Of a stretch of DNA of 64,000 nt, positions 12,750 to 25,912 are shown in pieces (position 1 is the stretch's first letter; every line of letters starts with the position of its first letter). Source of the DNA: Hyphochytrium catenoides (taxonomy: Eukaryota > Protista > Hyphochytriomycota); NCBI GenBank assembly GCA_900088475.1, contig FLMG01003337.1:1-64000 (forward strand), read 5' to 3'. The position numbers and the translations under genes were made by a program. Under the pieces are notes generated by a model. The model did no database searches, was not told the origin of the DNA, and saw nothing but the letters and a program-made list of their open reading frames with translations.

Positions 12750-12855
12750 ACCCTGGCAAGCAGGATGCACTAGGTTCGAACGTCGGACAAGACCCGTCGC
12801 TCACCCTGGCAAGCAGGATGCACTAGGTTCGAACGTCGGACAAGACTCGTTGCTC
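12750..12855. repeat. 53-bp imperfect tandem duplication overlapping the stop codon of the phosphatase gene
   Basis: accctggcaagcaggatgcactaggttcgaacgtcggacaagac(c/t)cgt(c/t)gctc occurs twice, with 2 mismatches. Confidence 0.9.
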
Positions 12856-14213
12856 AGCCCCGTAGCGGCGATGAAGCTCGTCCCTATGTAAAAGTAAAAA
12901 TATCGCAGTAAGGAGAGCAGTGCGAAGTATATTAGTCGTCTGGTGGAGAGGACAGGACAATGCCAGTGAAGCTCGTGGGCTATCTCTTACTTATAATGCT
13001 GGTGTCGAATGCCAGGAGGTCTTGTCTCGGCAAATTTATCAATAGCTTCCTGTACACTATAATTTAGCCTCTCGATCAGATAGGAGCAGATCTGGAAGCC
13101 CGTGCGGTTATACCTAACAAAGAAGGCATCGTTCAGCGGGTAAGCAAATCAGGGAGATTTTGTATACTACATCATGTCATCATGATGTGTCTGAAAATGA
13201 GGAGAGCAGACTCCTGTAGAGACCTGTGGCGTCTTACCCATAGTGACAGTGCACTCCTGCAAGACCAGTCTCATCCTCCCTGAAAAATGCGTCGGCCACC
13301 TGCTGGAAAGCTCTCACTTCATCCAAGGTCTGCATATGCAGTATAACATTAGAGTAGTAGTTTAGAGGTGCATCATTGATGTCAAGAAGGGAAAGAGCAC
13401 AGCACACGTTGAGCTCACCGGGAAAGCTTTGGACTCCATTCGGACCCGGATATGTCTAATGTTAAGTCCATCGACTTCGTACTTATCGTCCTGGTTCTGC
13501 ACTATGTAGTTTTATGAGGAGGAGGATGTGACATGACAATGCGTAGCGGACACGGAAACAGCCATTAGAACATGGATCCGATCTCTATGTCTCACTGTTG
13601 CTTACAGTCAATGATGAGTCTCACGGTCGGCCAGGCGGCAGCAATTGTCTACAACGTAAAGAATGGAGAGGCGTCACGAGTGATCGTACATACAAAAGAG
13701 CTAAGGCAGCCCCTCTGACCCTCAACAATGTACTTATTTGAACGAACGCACCATTACTGTCTCAAAAAGGTCAACATCATCACCGATAGGTAGACCAGGA
13801 GGAATAGGTGAGCTCATACACAATTGACCAGCCGAATGCAGCAAAGTAAGGTATGTTCTATTGTCGAATCGTACCTGGATGTCGTGCGGCGGATCTGCTA
13901 AGCCATCAAAAGGTAGCTTCATAGGGAGAAACCTATATACTATACCATTGAAGTTGGGGGTCTCCTGCCATTTTTTGAAGTTCTTGAGCACCAAACTACC
14001 AGTTCGTGTTAGTCTTGGAGGAAAGACGATGGAGGAGGACGATCTCTCTCTCTGCAAGCAATGACAGAATTGTTAACACCACTTCCACGTTTGCTAGCAC
14101 CAAACGGATGGGGAAAACGTAAGTACACTCACGGATAACTCATGAAGTTCTCGAGAGTTATCCGCCTGGTCAGCAACAGCTTCCGGTGGATTCTCGGAAA
14201 GCGCAACCTCCAT
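12823..14213 (-). CDS. Cysteine-based dual-specificity / RNA 5'-triphosphatase-like phosphatase (DUSP11/capping-enzyme TPase-like), multi-exon
   Basis: KKWQETPNF..RFLPMKLP, VRLIID, RVRMESK, active-site GVHCHYGYNRTGFQICSYL (HCX5R), and EAIDKFAETRPPGIRHQHYKDELHRRY. The start codon is uncertain. Confidence 0.8.
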
Positions 14214-15074
14214 GCTCAGCAATTGGGGCCGGTTTATGGACCATATGTAGCCTCTTAACGGGTGTAAAGCCTGGCACCGCCGCAGCAATCCTTAGCTCCG
14301 ACTGATTAATCTGCTCTTCAGCTAGGGGAGATTGATAGCGGATTGTTACCAGCACGACGAAAGTAGCATAGCTCCATAGATTCACCTCGGAGTAGCGAAG
14401 GTACAATGAGGAAGTTTCAGAAGTGGCCTGGACTCTGGAACTCTTTGGCCAATGCATCTGTTCCTCGATGATCGCCCCTCGTACAAGAGCCCAAACCGTA
14501 AAGCCGCTTGTTCGGTTTGGCGAAAACAGTTGTGTTCATAGCTCCCGGGGGAGCTCTGGAAATGATAAGCACAACCTGCACCTTTGCCACTGCTCATGAT
14601 CTGCCAACGAACGAAACGATGTGCTATCAGCCAGGTTGATGGCATCTTGTCGCGCCTCCAGAACTAGTTCCTACCTCCAAGAGAAGAGGTGACGCCCATG
14701 AAAAAGTGTCCCAAGCGCTGGTATCATTGGCCATTGGAGTGATGTCTATTATATATATCCACCTTTTCCTTACTTTCCAGGACTCATGCAATGATGGAGC
14801 AGCTGTACAGGCTGATCAGGCAAGGAGTAAGAAGTACCCAGAAGGCCTTGCTAGTGAAGACTAGTAAGGAAGATCGTATCCATAAAAGGATGCGTTTGGG
14901 GCCCTGTAAAGCATTAGAAAGATAACTTGTAACAAAAATAGGACCAAGGATACATCTAGTGATGGGTTGGATCACCATGAACCCAGAGCTGAACGCTCAG
15001 GAGAGATTGCTGCGGCACGATTGCATTCCAAACACGAGGCTACCTGTCTCCTATCATAATTATAGAGAAGTCCA

Positions 15075-16865
15075 TCACTCCCTACCAGATCCTTGAAGGA
15101 TAGTCAAAACCGCTGTTTGGATCTTGTCTGGTAACTCTCTGAAGAGCGGTGAATCCTCGTAAAACTTGTCCTTAACAGCTTCCTGAAGAAGTGTAAGGCT
15201 TTCTTTTGCTTTCCAGGAAGACCGACGAGGTTCATCCTTTGGATGGTCTACAGAGCCTGGCTTTACAAGGGGCTTCTCTGGCCCTGCGCTGACTGTTTCT
15301 TCAGTGAAAGTGGTGGGCGGATGAGTTACTGGCGCGGCGTTGGCTGCAAGCTGACGGGCAAAGAGTTGCTCTCCAAAACTTCCTCCCCCACCTCCGCTTG
15401 GTCTTTTGGTCTGGGCAGTAACACTACTTGCCTCTTTGGTAGGAGAAACTGAAGGCACAGAAGGCGGATTTAACTTTGAAGTCCCTGAGGGCGAGCTATC
15501 CTCTGAGGAGACATTAGACCTAGTCCAGTTAGGCCGTTGGCCCGCCGGTGGCGGATCTGAGCCTCTGGAGGACCCCCGTGGTCTTCCCCACGTGGGCCCG
15601 GATAAGGACACCGGGTCCGGCCCTGAATCGGACGAGTGGGTAATGTTTACTGATTTTGCTGGGCTTGGCTGCTCGGAAGCGTATAACTCCTTGCTACGGG
15701 CTATGTTGGGACCTGGAGCCATGTCTGACGTATCCTTTATCCATGATGGCTTGGTGACTGAATTTATAGCCCGCTCATCCCTGGCCCATGAAGGCCGGGA
15801 ACCTGAATTTGTTTCTGGACCGTCCTTCACCCAGGAAGGTTTACTGGATGCCGTGGAACTGTCTCGGCGATCCTTAACCCAGGATGGCTTGTTGGAGCTA
15901 GAGGAGGTAGTAGACGGTTGCTCTTTCACCCATGAAGGCTTGCTTGACGATCCTGCTTGACTCTTTGCCCAAGATGGTCTATCAGAAGTATTAGTAGGTC
16001 TCTGATCCTTCTCAGTTTGACTTCTTGCCCAGGACGGTTTAATTAGACTGGCGTTGGTGTTCTCTGAGGGTTTGATAGAGTCCGTTTCATTGTCCTCCTG
16101 TTGAATATTGAAACCTTTAGCTTGAGTCTATTGCAAGAGCTAGAACTGTAATGAGGACGCCTTTCAGACCTCTCTTTGCCCATGGCTAGCGGATGAATCG
16201 GGTGGTACTTCAGCTTCGGCCTGTTGCTGTTGCCGACGCAAGCGCTCTCCAAAGCTCCCTCCTCCAAGCGATTTCAGCTGCGTGCCATATGTTCCCGGAA
16301 TAGATTGGGCTGCAAATAGGTGGTTATTGGCATGGGTCTCGTATAACTGGGCGGTTATGTCCGGTCGACGTCGGAGTTTTGCCTTTACCAGACCAACAGG
16401 CTCAGTTCTTACCTTCCGGGCTAATCGAGAGAGTGGATGCAGCGAGAGGCGCCGGTGATGATACGGGCTGTTGCGCTGGCTGTTGCGCTGGCTGTTGCGT
16501 CGGTTTGTCCCAGGACCGGTTCCAAGCGCTGGAAGACTCCGTGGCTGATGTCTGAGGATGTTCGCGGCTTAAAGGCTCCTGGGACAAAGAGACCTTGAAT
16601 GAGTTACACAACGCAATAAAGAAAGTGTCAGTCTTATGTCTACGAAGCTTCTCTAACCCGTACTTGGGCCAGCGCTTGGCGGTCGTCTACGGTATTGTCC
16701 AGCAATCCCAGCTGCTTGTAAGAAGTCCTCCTCTTCGTATCTTGTGTCTCATAGTTGACGTAGTCATCACCTGAAAGAACAACATGTCATCCTACTCGCG
16801 CACTCAAGACCTGTAGTAATCTAAAAAGGCATACCAGTCTCCCAATCGCCATCGGCCTTATACAT
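15075..16865 (-). CDS. Unknown low-complexity protein with acidic DWET N-terminus and [KR]PSW repeats
   Basis: Short GT-AG exons give MYKADGDWETGDDYVNYETQ..., followed by a long Ser/Pro-rich exon that includes ORF 15075-15929. Confidence 0.65.
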
Positions 16866-17685
16866 AGTCAGTGGTGAGCCGATACGTTGATACAGGGGGC
16901 GGACGATGGATCAAGGATGAGTCTGGTGGTTACCGATTGACAAGGGGAAAATAGTGTGTACCATTGTTATGTTCTTCTCCTTGACGTTCCCTAGACTCGT
17001 TTCCCAATGAGGAGTCAAACGAATCGCAAAGGCTTGGGTGCTGCTGTCAGGCCGGGAAGGGACACCCTGCAAATCCAAAAAGCGACGATGAACCGATTCG
17101 CACAGTTCTGTTGCCAGGAGGAGTAGGAGCTGTTGTGTTTCCGGGGACGGTCCTCCTAGGACCTACTAAAAAGGTTGTTGAGCCTTTACTGCAGGATTAT
17201 TACTTATGAGCTTTCTGGAAGAATCTTCCCCACTGTTGTAAGGCCTTCAAGTTCTATTGTGCTCTTTGAGATCTTCATTTGCACTGTGTACAGTATAAAT
17301 CCAACTCTCTGTACGATGACGCCCCCCGTAAACAGTGTGTTTCTGAATGTACATGCACGTACGCACTCATATCGCAGTACATTATCGCGTATTGAAAAGG
17401 GGTCATCAGACACTGTCCTCTACAGTACTGTACAAGCTTCCAAGAGGTGTGCGGTTGTCTTGGGTTCTTATGATGGCGAAGCTGACAACGGAGTCTCAGC
17501 GATATCAGAAGAGGCGCACAGCTCAGTGTGTAGTTCCTAGCAGCTACGATGGCACCATGACCCACAAAATGATGAGCTAATGCTTGTGCGCAGTGGGCTC
17601 CAGAATGCTCGCATAGGTGATGTGACTATGCAACATCCTGACATTGGTGCTGCCTAGATGGTCTGCGTACCTTTGAGACTGAAGA

Positions 17686-20600
17686 ATGGCATTAGCACTG
17701 ATCCAGCCCGCTGACGGAAGGTCTGACTGGTCTCCAACTGACCAGGGGCAGGCGCAGGATTTAATTGTACCAGGCAACCCAATTGTCCTTCGGTCTTTCA
17801 CGAAAAAGAGTCGGAGAGGAAAACCGGGAGGCTTGAAGGTAGGACCAAGTATTAACTCTGCGAGTTTGCGTCAGTTACTGGGCACCTAAAACTCATGAAT
17901 GTGGCTCAGGTCAAGGAGTGCTATCTTCGAAACGATATTCCCTGCTACAGTCGTGCTTGCGGTCTCTGCCAGTCGCCTCCCAGTGGATCACAGAATCTTC
18001 TTGCAGCTGATGCTGACGCCTATGTTGTTCTCGATGACGTCTCTCTTCTGTGTTACTTGGATATCCTTGAGATGCCGGAGCTGCGGTGCCAGGATGTAAT
18101 CCTGTTGCAATCGGTTTTGGATAATGCTCTTCATCTTGCTACGCAAAAGGAGGCCTCGAGGCTGCATAACCTATTTGACCCTACGAAGGGTTCGCGGTTA
18201 CGTAATGTCATCGTTTTTCCCAATCAGTACTCCCAAGAGGTAACGCCAACGGATGGAAAACCCCTATGCTGGCTTTGCTAACAAGAGAGCACCAAAACAA
18301 CTCTTTGCCACTGATGCCCTATTATTTGCCGCTGCTCCTTCGTGTTTTTCACGTTTTTACCCTCGCCAATGAGCTCTCGCCTGTCTCTAATGTCTACGTG
18401 CCACACTAAGTATTATTCCTTTAGACTTCAAGTGTTACACTACCACCTAGCGAGGTGTCAAAGGAAGAGGAACTTACTTTGAAGCCTTTTAAAGTGGGAG
18501 CTACCAAAAATACAGCTGTTCTTGTCAAAACCTGCTTGTGGTTTTGGCAGCACCTGCAGGTATGACCCCAGCGCCTACAACGCCGTATCTGCTCTAGTTC
18601 CCAGGCAACTTTGGTTTACTTGATTACTCCAGATTCTTGGTGTGCTTTCTTACCGAACGTGATGTAAGCGACTGAAGGAAGCTAACGCTCCATCGGCAGT
18701 GCCAAGGCATCCAAATTCCAGTTATCGTGGTCAGTGACGCCAAAGCCATACGAACACGTTTGGAAGAAGAGGGAGGCAAAGGGGTGGAATGCCTATCGTT
18801 CATGCAATTTGTGGATCGATGGGGTAGCACAGGGCTCGCGTCCCTTTGTGAGGATTTGAAGCATGGTACTTCAGTCATCATCTGTTCTTGCCTGTACACC
18901 TTCTTGTTGCTCTTTTTTTGTAACCCTCTGTACGCCAGGTTCTGTCAGCGCTGTGGGACTATCTTAAAGCCGTGCCTGACGATGTAATGGACATTCAGCC
19001 CAGCTGCTGAATCTGACTTATCCCTTCGTCCCGATGTATTTCTTTTCCAGCCTTTGAAACAAGAGTAAATGATGGGCAGGAGGATCCGTCTGCAGTCTAC
19101 ACAGCGCACCTGAACCCTGCTGTCTTAAAGAGAGAACATGAAGAGGGGAGAATCTTTAGGGCCAAGTTGAAGATTAGCAGCCACAATGCCTGGGAAGGTA
19201 CAGGGTTGCTACAGGTATGAGTAATCTTGTGTATTTACAAGAATAGGGTAAATGATCGCCGAGACCCATGGCTTAGCTTTGTGAACGTAAGGTTTCCCTG
19301 AACTCGGCACAGAAATAATTGAAGCGTTACATCTCTGTTTACTTAGGGTAAGAACCCAGGTACCAGTTTGGAAGAAGTATATCTCTACGGTCGTAAATGC
19401 ATCAATCGGGCCATTCATGGAGACATCGTGGGTATTAGGCTTCTTCCGAAGGAGGACTGGCTTTCTCCTCCGAGTGCAGTCAAGCTAATTCATGAAGCAG
19501 GTTGGGCGCCCTTGAGCTATTGTTTTGCCATGCTTTTTCGTTTTGGTTTGTTTTCTAAATAGTTTTGCGTTGCCCTACCAAGTGCTTAAGATCTCTGGAC
19601 GCGTTTGGAGCCAATGCCTTCATGTGAACATCCTTTAGTTCCACAACTACTTTTTGCAGGTGTAGGTGGACCTTTTAAACTCGCTCTCTCTTGACGTCAT
19701 TCCGTCGAACTTACATGACGAATGAAACCTTTCTTGCAGTTGATGAGGATGAGGCTGCATCGACGCAATCTGCTTCCGTCAGAGTTCCTACCGGAGTCGT
19801 GGTTGGTATCTTTTCCCGCTCGCTGCACCACGTAGTAGCTACTCTTCCTTCCAAAGACCTGGGGACGGGCACGACGGGGGACGAGTACCTATTAGCAGGT
19901 AGGCCACTTGATTTGAACGGGCGAAAGTGCCACGTTATGCATCATTAGACAGGCCCCTATCCTTGTCAGGTTTCAATCTTGAATATTCTTGCCACGTCCT
20001 TAATTTTTGTTTATTGAGGCCACGTCCGTGAATATCACGTCTCACCTGGCTGTGGTCCATTACCTTATCGCCTATGTCCACGTGCTTCTCGACAAGAAAG
20101 CAATACAGAGTTGGGTTGAAAAAAACGTCGCTCATCTCTAATCGTCAACAGTTCCTATGGACATTCGTATACCAAAAATTAGGATTCGGACGCGCAAAGG
20201 CAACCTTTTGGCTGGCAAGAGAATAACAGTTGCACTGGATACGTGGCCCTTGGACAGTCTTTATCCCCATGGGCATTATATTCGGACGATAGGTACCTGC
20301 AGTTGCTGCTTTCAACTCCTTGCAGGCATTTTCGTTTGACCTGTTCTTGGAAGTTTGCGGCCGACGTGTTATATATCTCCGCGAACCTTTCGTCTATTGG
20401 CTTCGGTCACATGCCTCATCGGTGTTACTATTTATCAACGATAAACCACTTGCCGAACCTCCTCCATTCTAGTCCTTGTCCTGCTCTAACGTTACCTTTT
20501 GCGTATTCCAATCAGGCTCACCTGGAGTGCTTGAGACTGAAGTGGAAGCCCTTTTGGAGGAATATTCTGTTGTTGCTGCCCCTTTTGGTGAAGGAGCCCT

Positions 20601-23600
20601 CGCCTGCTTGCCTCCTGTGAAGGTGGACCCCGACTTCACTAAGGAGTCAGATAACACCGCGCAGGGGACCGGTGAGGGAGAGCATAGTAATAAGAGGAGA
20701 AGACTGAGTAACTGGACACCATCTTCAACGGATTTGGACGGTAGAAGAGATATAAGAAGGTAAAGAGTCAGGGCTCCCAATTGCATCCCGGTTGCCCACT
20801 ATGGACGTAACCATTCCCCATATTCTCTGCAAACGTTACCTCTGTTGGGTTCGATTTTATATAATATCCCGTATCTGTCTGCTGACTCTAAGCTCTAAGT
20901 TGGCTTATACCTCTCATCCATGTATTTTTATCGCCTTTCCAGCACGCACCGCGTCTTTAGCGTAGACCCCCCTGGATGTCAGGATATTGACGATGCAATG
21001 TCAGTGCGAGCTCTGGCGGACGGAGCGATAGAGTTGGGAGTGCATATTGCAGACGTCACGCACTTTGTGCAACATAAATCACCCCTAGACATGGAGGCAA
21101 GGTGGGGCCAAATGATGTCTCTCCACGCTTCGTGTTCTTGAAATCCCGGTTGAAGGCTATTGCATTGTCTATTAGCAAATTGTTCCTCCTGTATCCATTA
21201 TCATCATCAGATAAACTCTAGATAAACACAAGAGTACCAGTCTACTAAGCTGCATCTTCGCTATTGACCACTGCATGACTGCTACCTGTCACATTCTCCC
21301 AGACTGCGCGCCACCACTGTGTATTTGGTCCATAAGCGGTAAAGTTGACATCAAGTTTGGCACTTCCTCTCATCTGCATTATTAGCTGATTAGGTCAATT
21401 GATACAGGTTTGACATGCTCCCCTCACTCTTAAGCTCTGATATATGCTCTCTGCTCGGAGGAAGAGAGCGTCTTGCTGTTTCAGTGTTCTGGGAATTGGA
21501 TCCTATCACCTTTAGACCTCGCCCAGGTAAAACCTGGTTTGGTCGCACTGTTATCCACTCCGTGGCGGCTATGACCTATGATCAAGCCAATAGGTAGGAA
21601 ATTTTCTTCCGCCGCCATTAGTTGTGTCGTTTTTTAGATAAAGGGAACGGGGTAGAACGTGTGCGAAGGAGAATTCAGGACTCAGCTTTCAACCGAGGAA
21701 ATGACCACATGGTGCCACTGGAAGGGAGAATGTTGACGAGCTTACGCAGCATAGAGAGATTGGGCCTATCCATTGAAAATTGCATATTGTTATGCCTATC
21801 TACTTGGGTTGGGGCGCCGTCTACCTGAACGTTGCAAGTACGTTCCTCTAAGCTATTGCTGGATAGACTGCTGCAAGGACGGCCTGCTGACCTTCCAGGC
21901 TCCAGGGAAGTGCCAGATGGCGAGGCCGGAGGAAGAGTGAACGAGGGGCTCCATGAGCCCTTGAGAAAAGACTTGAGGCTCCTCACCGCAATTGCACATG
22001 CGGTAAGGGACAGACGACTTAGAAACGGAGCAGTGGAGGTAAGCCTAAACACCAGTCTATATTTCAATAGGGTTGCACAGCCGTGTTTCCTCCGTGGTAT
22101 ATCCTTCTCGCAGCCGTGTTCTGGCATATCATCTGCTTGACTCTGTGCCGTTGGAAGCTCAAACCTCTACGCCCTCACGACTTCACCTTGATTATTCTCT
22201 CGACAACAGCTCTCTCAGGGAGATGAGCTAAAGTTCGAGCTGACTGCCAATGGAGAGCCAGTATATCTATCTTCCAAGGGGCACTTAGAGGTGCATGACG
22301 TCATCGCAGAGCTTATGATCATGGCAAACAGTAGTGTGGCTAAAAAAATGTAAGTACCCCTTGACACTTGCGGAGCATACGAAGTTACAGGGAGTGAAGG
22401 GTTTACGACAAAAGATCTAGCGACGGCTTCATTACACGGGTGTCTTTACTTTTTCCTTTCGATTAAGTATTCCTTCGTATAACGTGGGCTTTCAACCGGG
22501 CAGCGCCGATAAATTTCCTTCAGGAAGCGTTCTTAGACGGCACTTAGCCCCATCCCCCGACCGCTTAAAGTCACTTGAGGAGGTTGCAAAATCGCGCGGT
22601 CTGGCACTGCGTTCAAGCAGCAACAAAGATCTTCAGGCTCTGCTTGATGAAGTCAGGAGAACTTGTGACAAGGAGACAACCTCTCTTGTTAAGGTACTCT
22701 GGAGCTCCTTGGGATGTTTACCCTTCATATGTTTATCCGGTTTATGTGGTTTTTTGACTTAATGTCCGTCTCTTTTCTACCACATCTTGGGGTTGCCACT
22801 TAGTATTGCCTTAACTGCACAGTCATTGACGACGCGAGCAATGCAAGAAGCAGAATACTATTGCTTCAAAGGATCAGGAGAAGATAAGGAAAATGAGATG
22901 GACTTCTCTTTTCGTGGGCACTATGGACTGGGACTAGACTTCTACACGCATTTTACCTCTCCCATTCGGCGGTGAGTTGTCCGATCGAGGGTCATTGAGT
23001 GATCAGCTAGTATTGCTTGAAGTCGTCCGTTCTTCCAGCGCTAAAATTGCCTCATCTGGGTGACTTGGGTACATTTTGCGGCTGCTATCTGTGAAGTTTT
23101 GCAAGGTCCTTCGCAGTTTCTCCAGACAGCGTCCATCTGACTGTCGTCTGCCCGCATTATGCTGACCAGGTATCCCGACATCATAGTCCACCGCATGCTT
23201 CTTAGTCCAGAATTAGAGAGGTCAAGAACTACAGCAGAGTCTGTCCAACCGACGCATCCATCTCGCCTGAGACTGCCCTTGTCGCTTACGCCATCAATTC
23301 TTACACTTGGGCTTGGAGTTGCTAAAAGTGATCCCAACTTTGCTGCTGACAATATTTCTAAGGCACGGTCGTCCTCCGTTAGGTCGTTGTTCTACTATTG
23401 TCCACGTGTGATTTCCGAGATGCCTTAAAGTCCACATATGCATTGCTTAAGTGTGATGACTTAGCTTCCGACTTTGATTTGGAGTTGCACCTGGTTCAGC
23501 CCACTAATCTGTTTCTGTCATCCTGTCCCTCATTTATCTCATTCGTGCTCCTGAATATGACCATCTAGGTATTTGTGCAAACGCAAGAGAGACGTGACTT

Positions 23601-25821
23601 CGACGATGATGACGCCTTGCTTGATGAGCTGTTGGCATCTAGTCCTGTCACTAGCGCATCCCCTCCTCAGAAACCCAGTCTGGGAAAAGAAAACACCCTC
23701 GGCTTCGAAGGCTTACATTCCACAGTTGTTGAGGGCCACACCGAAGAAAGACAGAAGGAGTATAAAGTAGATGCACAATTCGCATCTCGAGAGCTAAGTG
23801 ACCTCTGTGAACATATGAATGAGAGGCATCGTAGTGCGAAGCTAGTATCAAAAGCTTGTGAGGAACTCTTTCTCACTCTATTCCTGAGAAATAACCCTCA
23901 GGTAGTGTACATTACGAAGGTTTCGCCACTCAACCTACATTCTTTCACATTCCTTTCAGCCTCACATGCAAGCATAGACTAGTTTGTTACCCTGCTGTCA
24001 TCTAGAGGCGTATTAGCGACCTGCTGCCTGTTACAGGGACGCCATAATCTGTGGCTAACTCCGCTCTTTGTGCTAAAAGGTGGAGCCAGCAATCATTACC
24101 AGTGTGAAGAGCAATGGTGTGATTGCTTATGTACCCAAGTTTGATTTTAGAGGCCCTGTCTATGTCCGCGACAAATATGGGGATATACAGATAGACCCTG
24201 CCTTACTTGGACTTGATACACAGGTATATAACCCAGCTATGACCGTCCAGGTTGCTTTTGGCTTTGGTCCGGTTTGTTTGGAGCTCGTGACATTCTGACG
24301 GTTAGAATTGCGCTGAACACTCCACAGGATTTTCCGTCTGCCACGTCGGGCTTCGAAGCTCATCCACGCATAAAAAGGCTTCCCGGAGCCACCTTAACGC
24401 TGAAGGAAGATGAAAGGGTAAGCAGTGAGCCAACGTTAGTGACAGCTGCCAAACCGGCTTAGTAATTTAAGCAGTCAACCTCATTGCTCTTTTAACATCG
24501 CCTGCCTTTTGCAGCTTTTGATTCTCGCGCACAAAGATGCTCCACGTCCGATGACACTACGCGTCTTTGACAGAATTCTTCTCCAATTGTCATGCGACTT
24601 CTCAACTGCCATGGCGCGGTTGCCAACCATTCGGTGCCATCTGGTAGGAGTAGGCCAAGGGACTACCAAGCATGGCAGCACCGTTGAAGGTAGTGTCAGA
24701 ATGTTACCTCTCGCATTTGGCACTGAGCTTCTTCCCCGTTCTCCTTTCCCCGAACTTTCCTGTCTTGACTTTGAGTATGGCTCTGCCATTACTCAGTTAA
24801 TTTGGAACTTTGATTGGCTACGTCCCCGATTTGGCCAAGGCCCCAAAGTGGCCAATGGCTCTGAACCAAGGGGTATCCTTGTCAATCGTTATCTTACTTT
24901 GTAACGTGGCAACAAGACCGTCACACGCAAATGAGTAGTACCTATGAAACCTTGCAAGACCTCTCGCTACCCATTCAGTGTCCCCTCCCTCAAAAGTAAA
25001 CAGGAGGTTGATCTAAGTCGCCTTTCTTGCTCTTCTAATCAGGCGAGAAGTTCAATGTCTACAAAGGAATAAGAAACGCCTTGACATTGCAGAACTGGCA
25101 GGAGGAGGCAGCAAGTTCGCGACATCCGATCTCTGCCTTTAATACAGGGACATTGGTTCGGCCTATGTCAGCTTACTTCGCTTGCCCGCCACAAAAACAC
25201 GATGGAAGGTCAGGAGGCACGACCAGTATGAGGTTTGCCCTTGATGCTGCCAGAGCGAAATCCGCAGAAAGCAATGGAATCAGATCCAAGGAGCCCAAGC
25301 CTAAGAGCATCCAGGTCAATGCCAGCGGCACCAGGTACGTACTGTAGCAAAGTGTGGAATTGAGCAACCCTATTGTTATAGGAGAGGTCGGGGGTTCGGC
25401 CCAAGGGATGATGTGAGTTCAAAATCAAAATGGACTGGACGGGGTTCCCTGGGCAACGCGTTTGGGAAAAGAAGGAGCCGATTTGTTTACCAAAGCAGCA
25501 CGGCAACTGATTCAAGGACGTCTTTTCTTCAACCCGTGTAAAAGGATTAGCTTTGGAGGTTTCCGTACTCCCAACCCTACTCAGTGGAGGCGATCAAAGT
25601 ACCAAGAACTAGACCGAATGAATTCAGATGCTATAGATTATGGCGCCAGCGATGGTTTACTTGTATCATCGACTAGCAGCTCAAGGACTTCGCAGGCTCT
25701 ATCCCAAGCATCCAATCCAGATGCAATGAGAAGGTTAGAGCGAGAAGCGGTACGGAGAACTGAGAAGCTACTGGCGGCGAAAAGACATGATAAAATCAAC
25801 AAAAAGCTGAGGCAAAAATAG
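17686..25821 (+). CDS. DIS3L: DIS3/Rrp44-family 3'-5' exoribonuclease (RNB domain), ~24 exons, DIS3L-like
   Basis: CR3 motif [49 protein letters not shown], catalytic [53 protein letters not shown]. The exact paralog assignment is tentative. Confidence 0.88.
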
Positions 25822-25912
25822 TACTGTACGCTGATTAGAACAATGTCGGTGGCTCTTTGCCTTTGCTGCCCAGTGAAATACCACCTGGGTCACTTATACT
25901 CTGTAAATTAAT

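Noticed and set aside
12754-12835. A-box/B-box-like motifs (TGGCAAGCAGG, GGTTCGAAC) suggesting a SINE or tRNA; also CRISPR-like repeat appearance
   Set aside because: The A-B spacing is far too short, there is no cloverleaf, there are only two copies with no spacer, and the sequence is the antisense of the phosphatase's last coding exon.
14944-15740. GTATCCTT matches at about 14945 (minus) and 15730 (plus)
   Set aside because: One is intergenic and the other antisense to a coding exon, with no exon context.
18058-18070. ATATCCTT in DIS3 as a U12 donor
   Set aside because: It lies within a continuous coding exon (LDILEMP).
22098-24882. ATATCCTT (about 22099) and GTATCCTT (about 24873) in DIS3
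   Set aside because: They are internal to introns that already have ordinary GT donors restoring the frame, and no matching CCTTAAC branch/acceptor pair was found.
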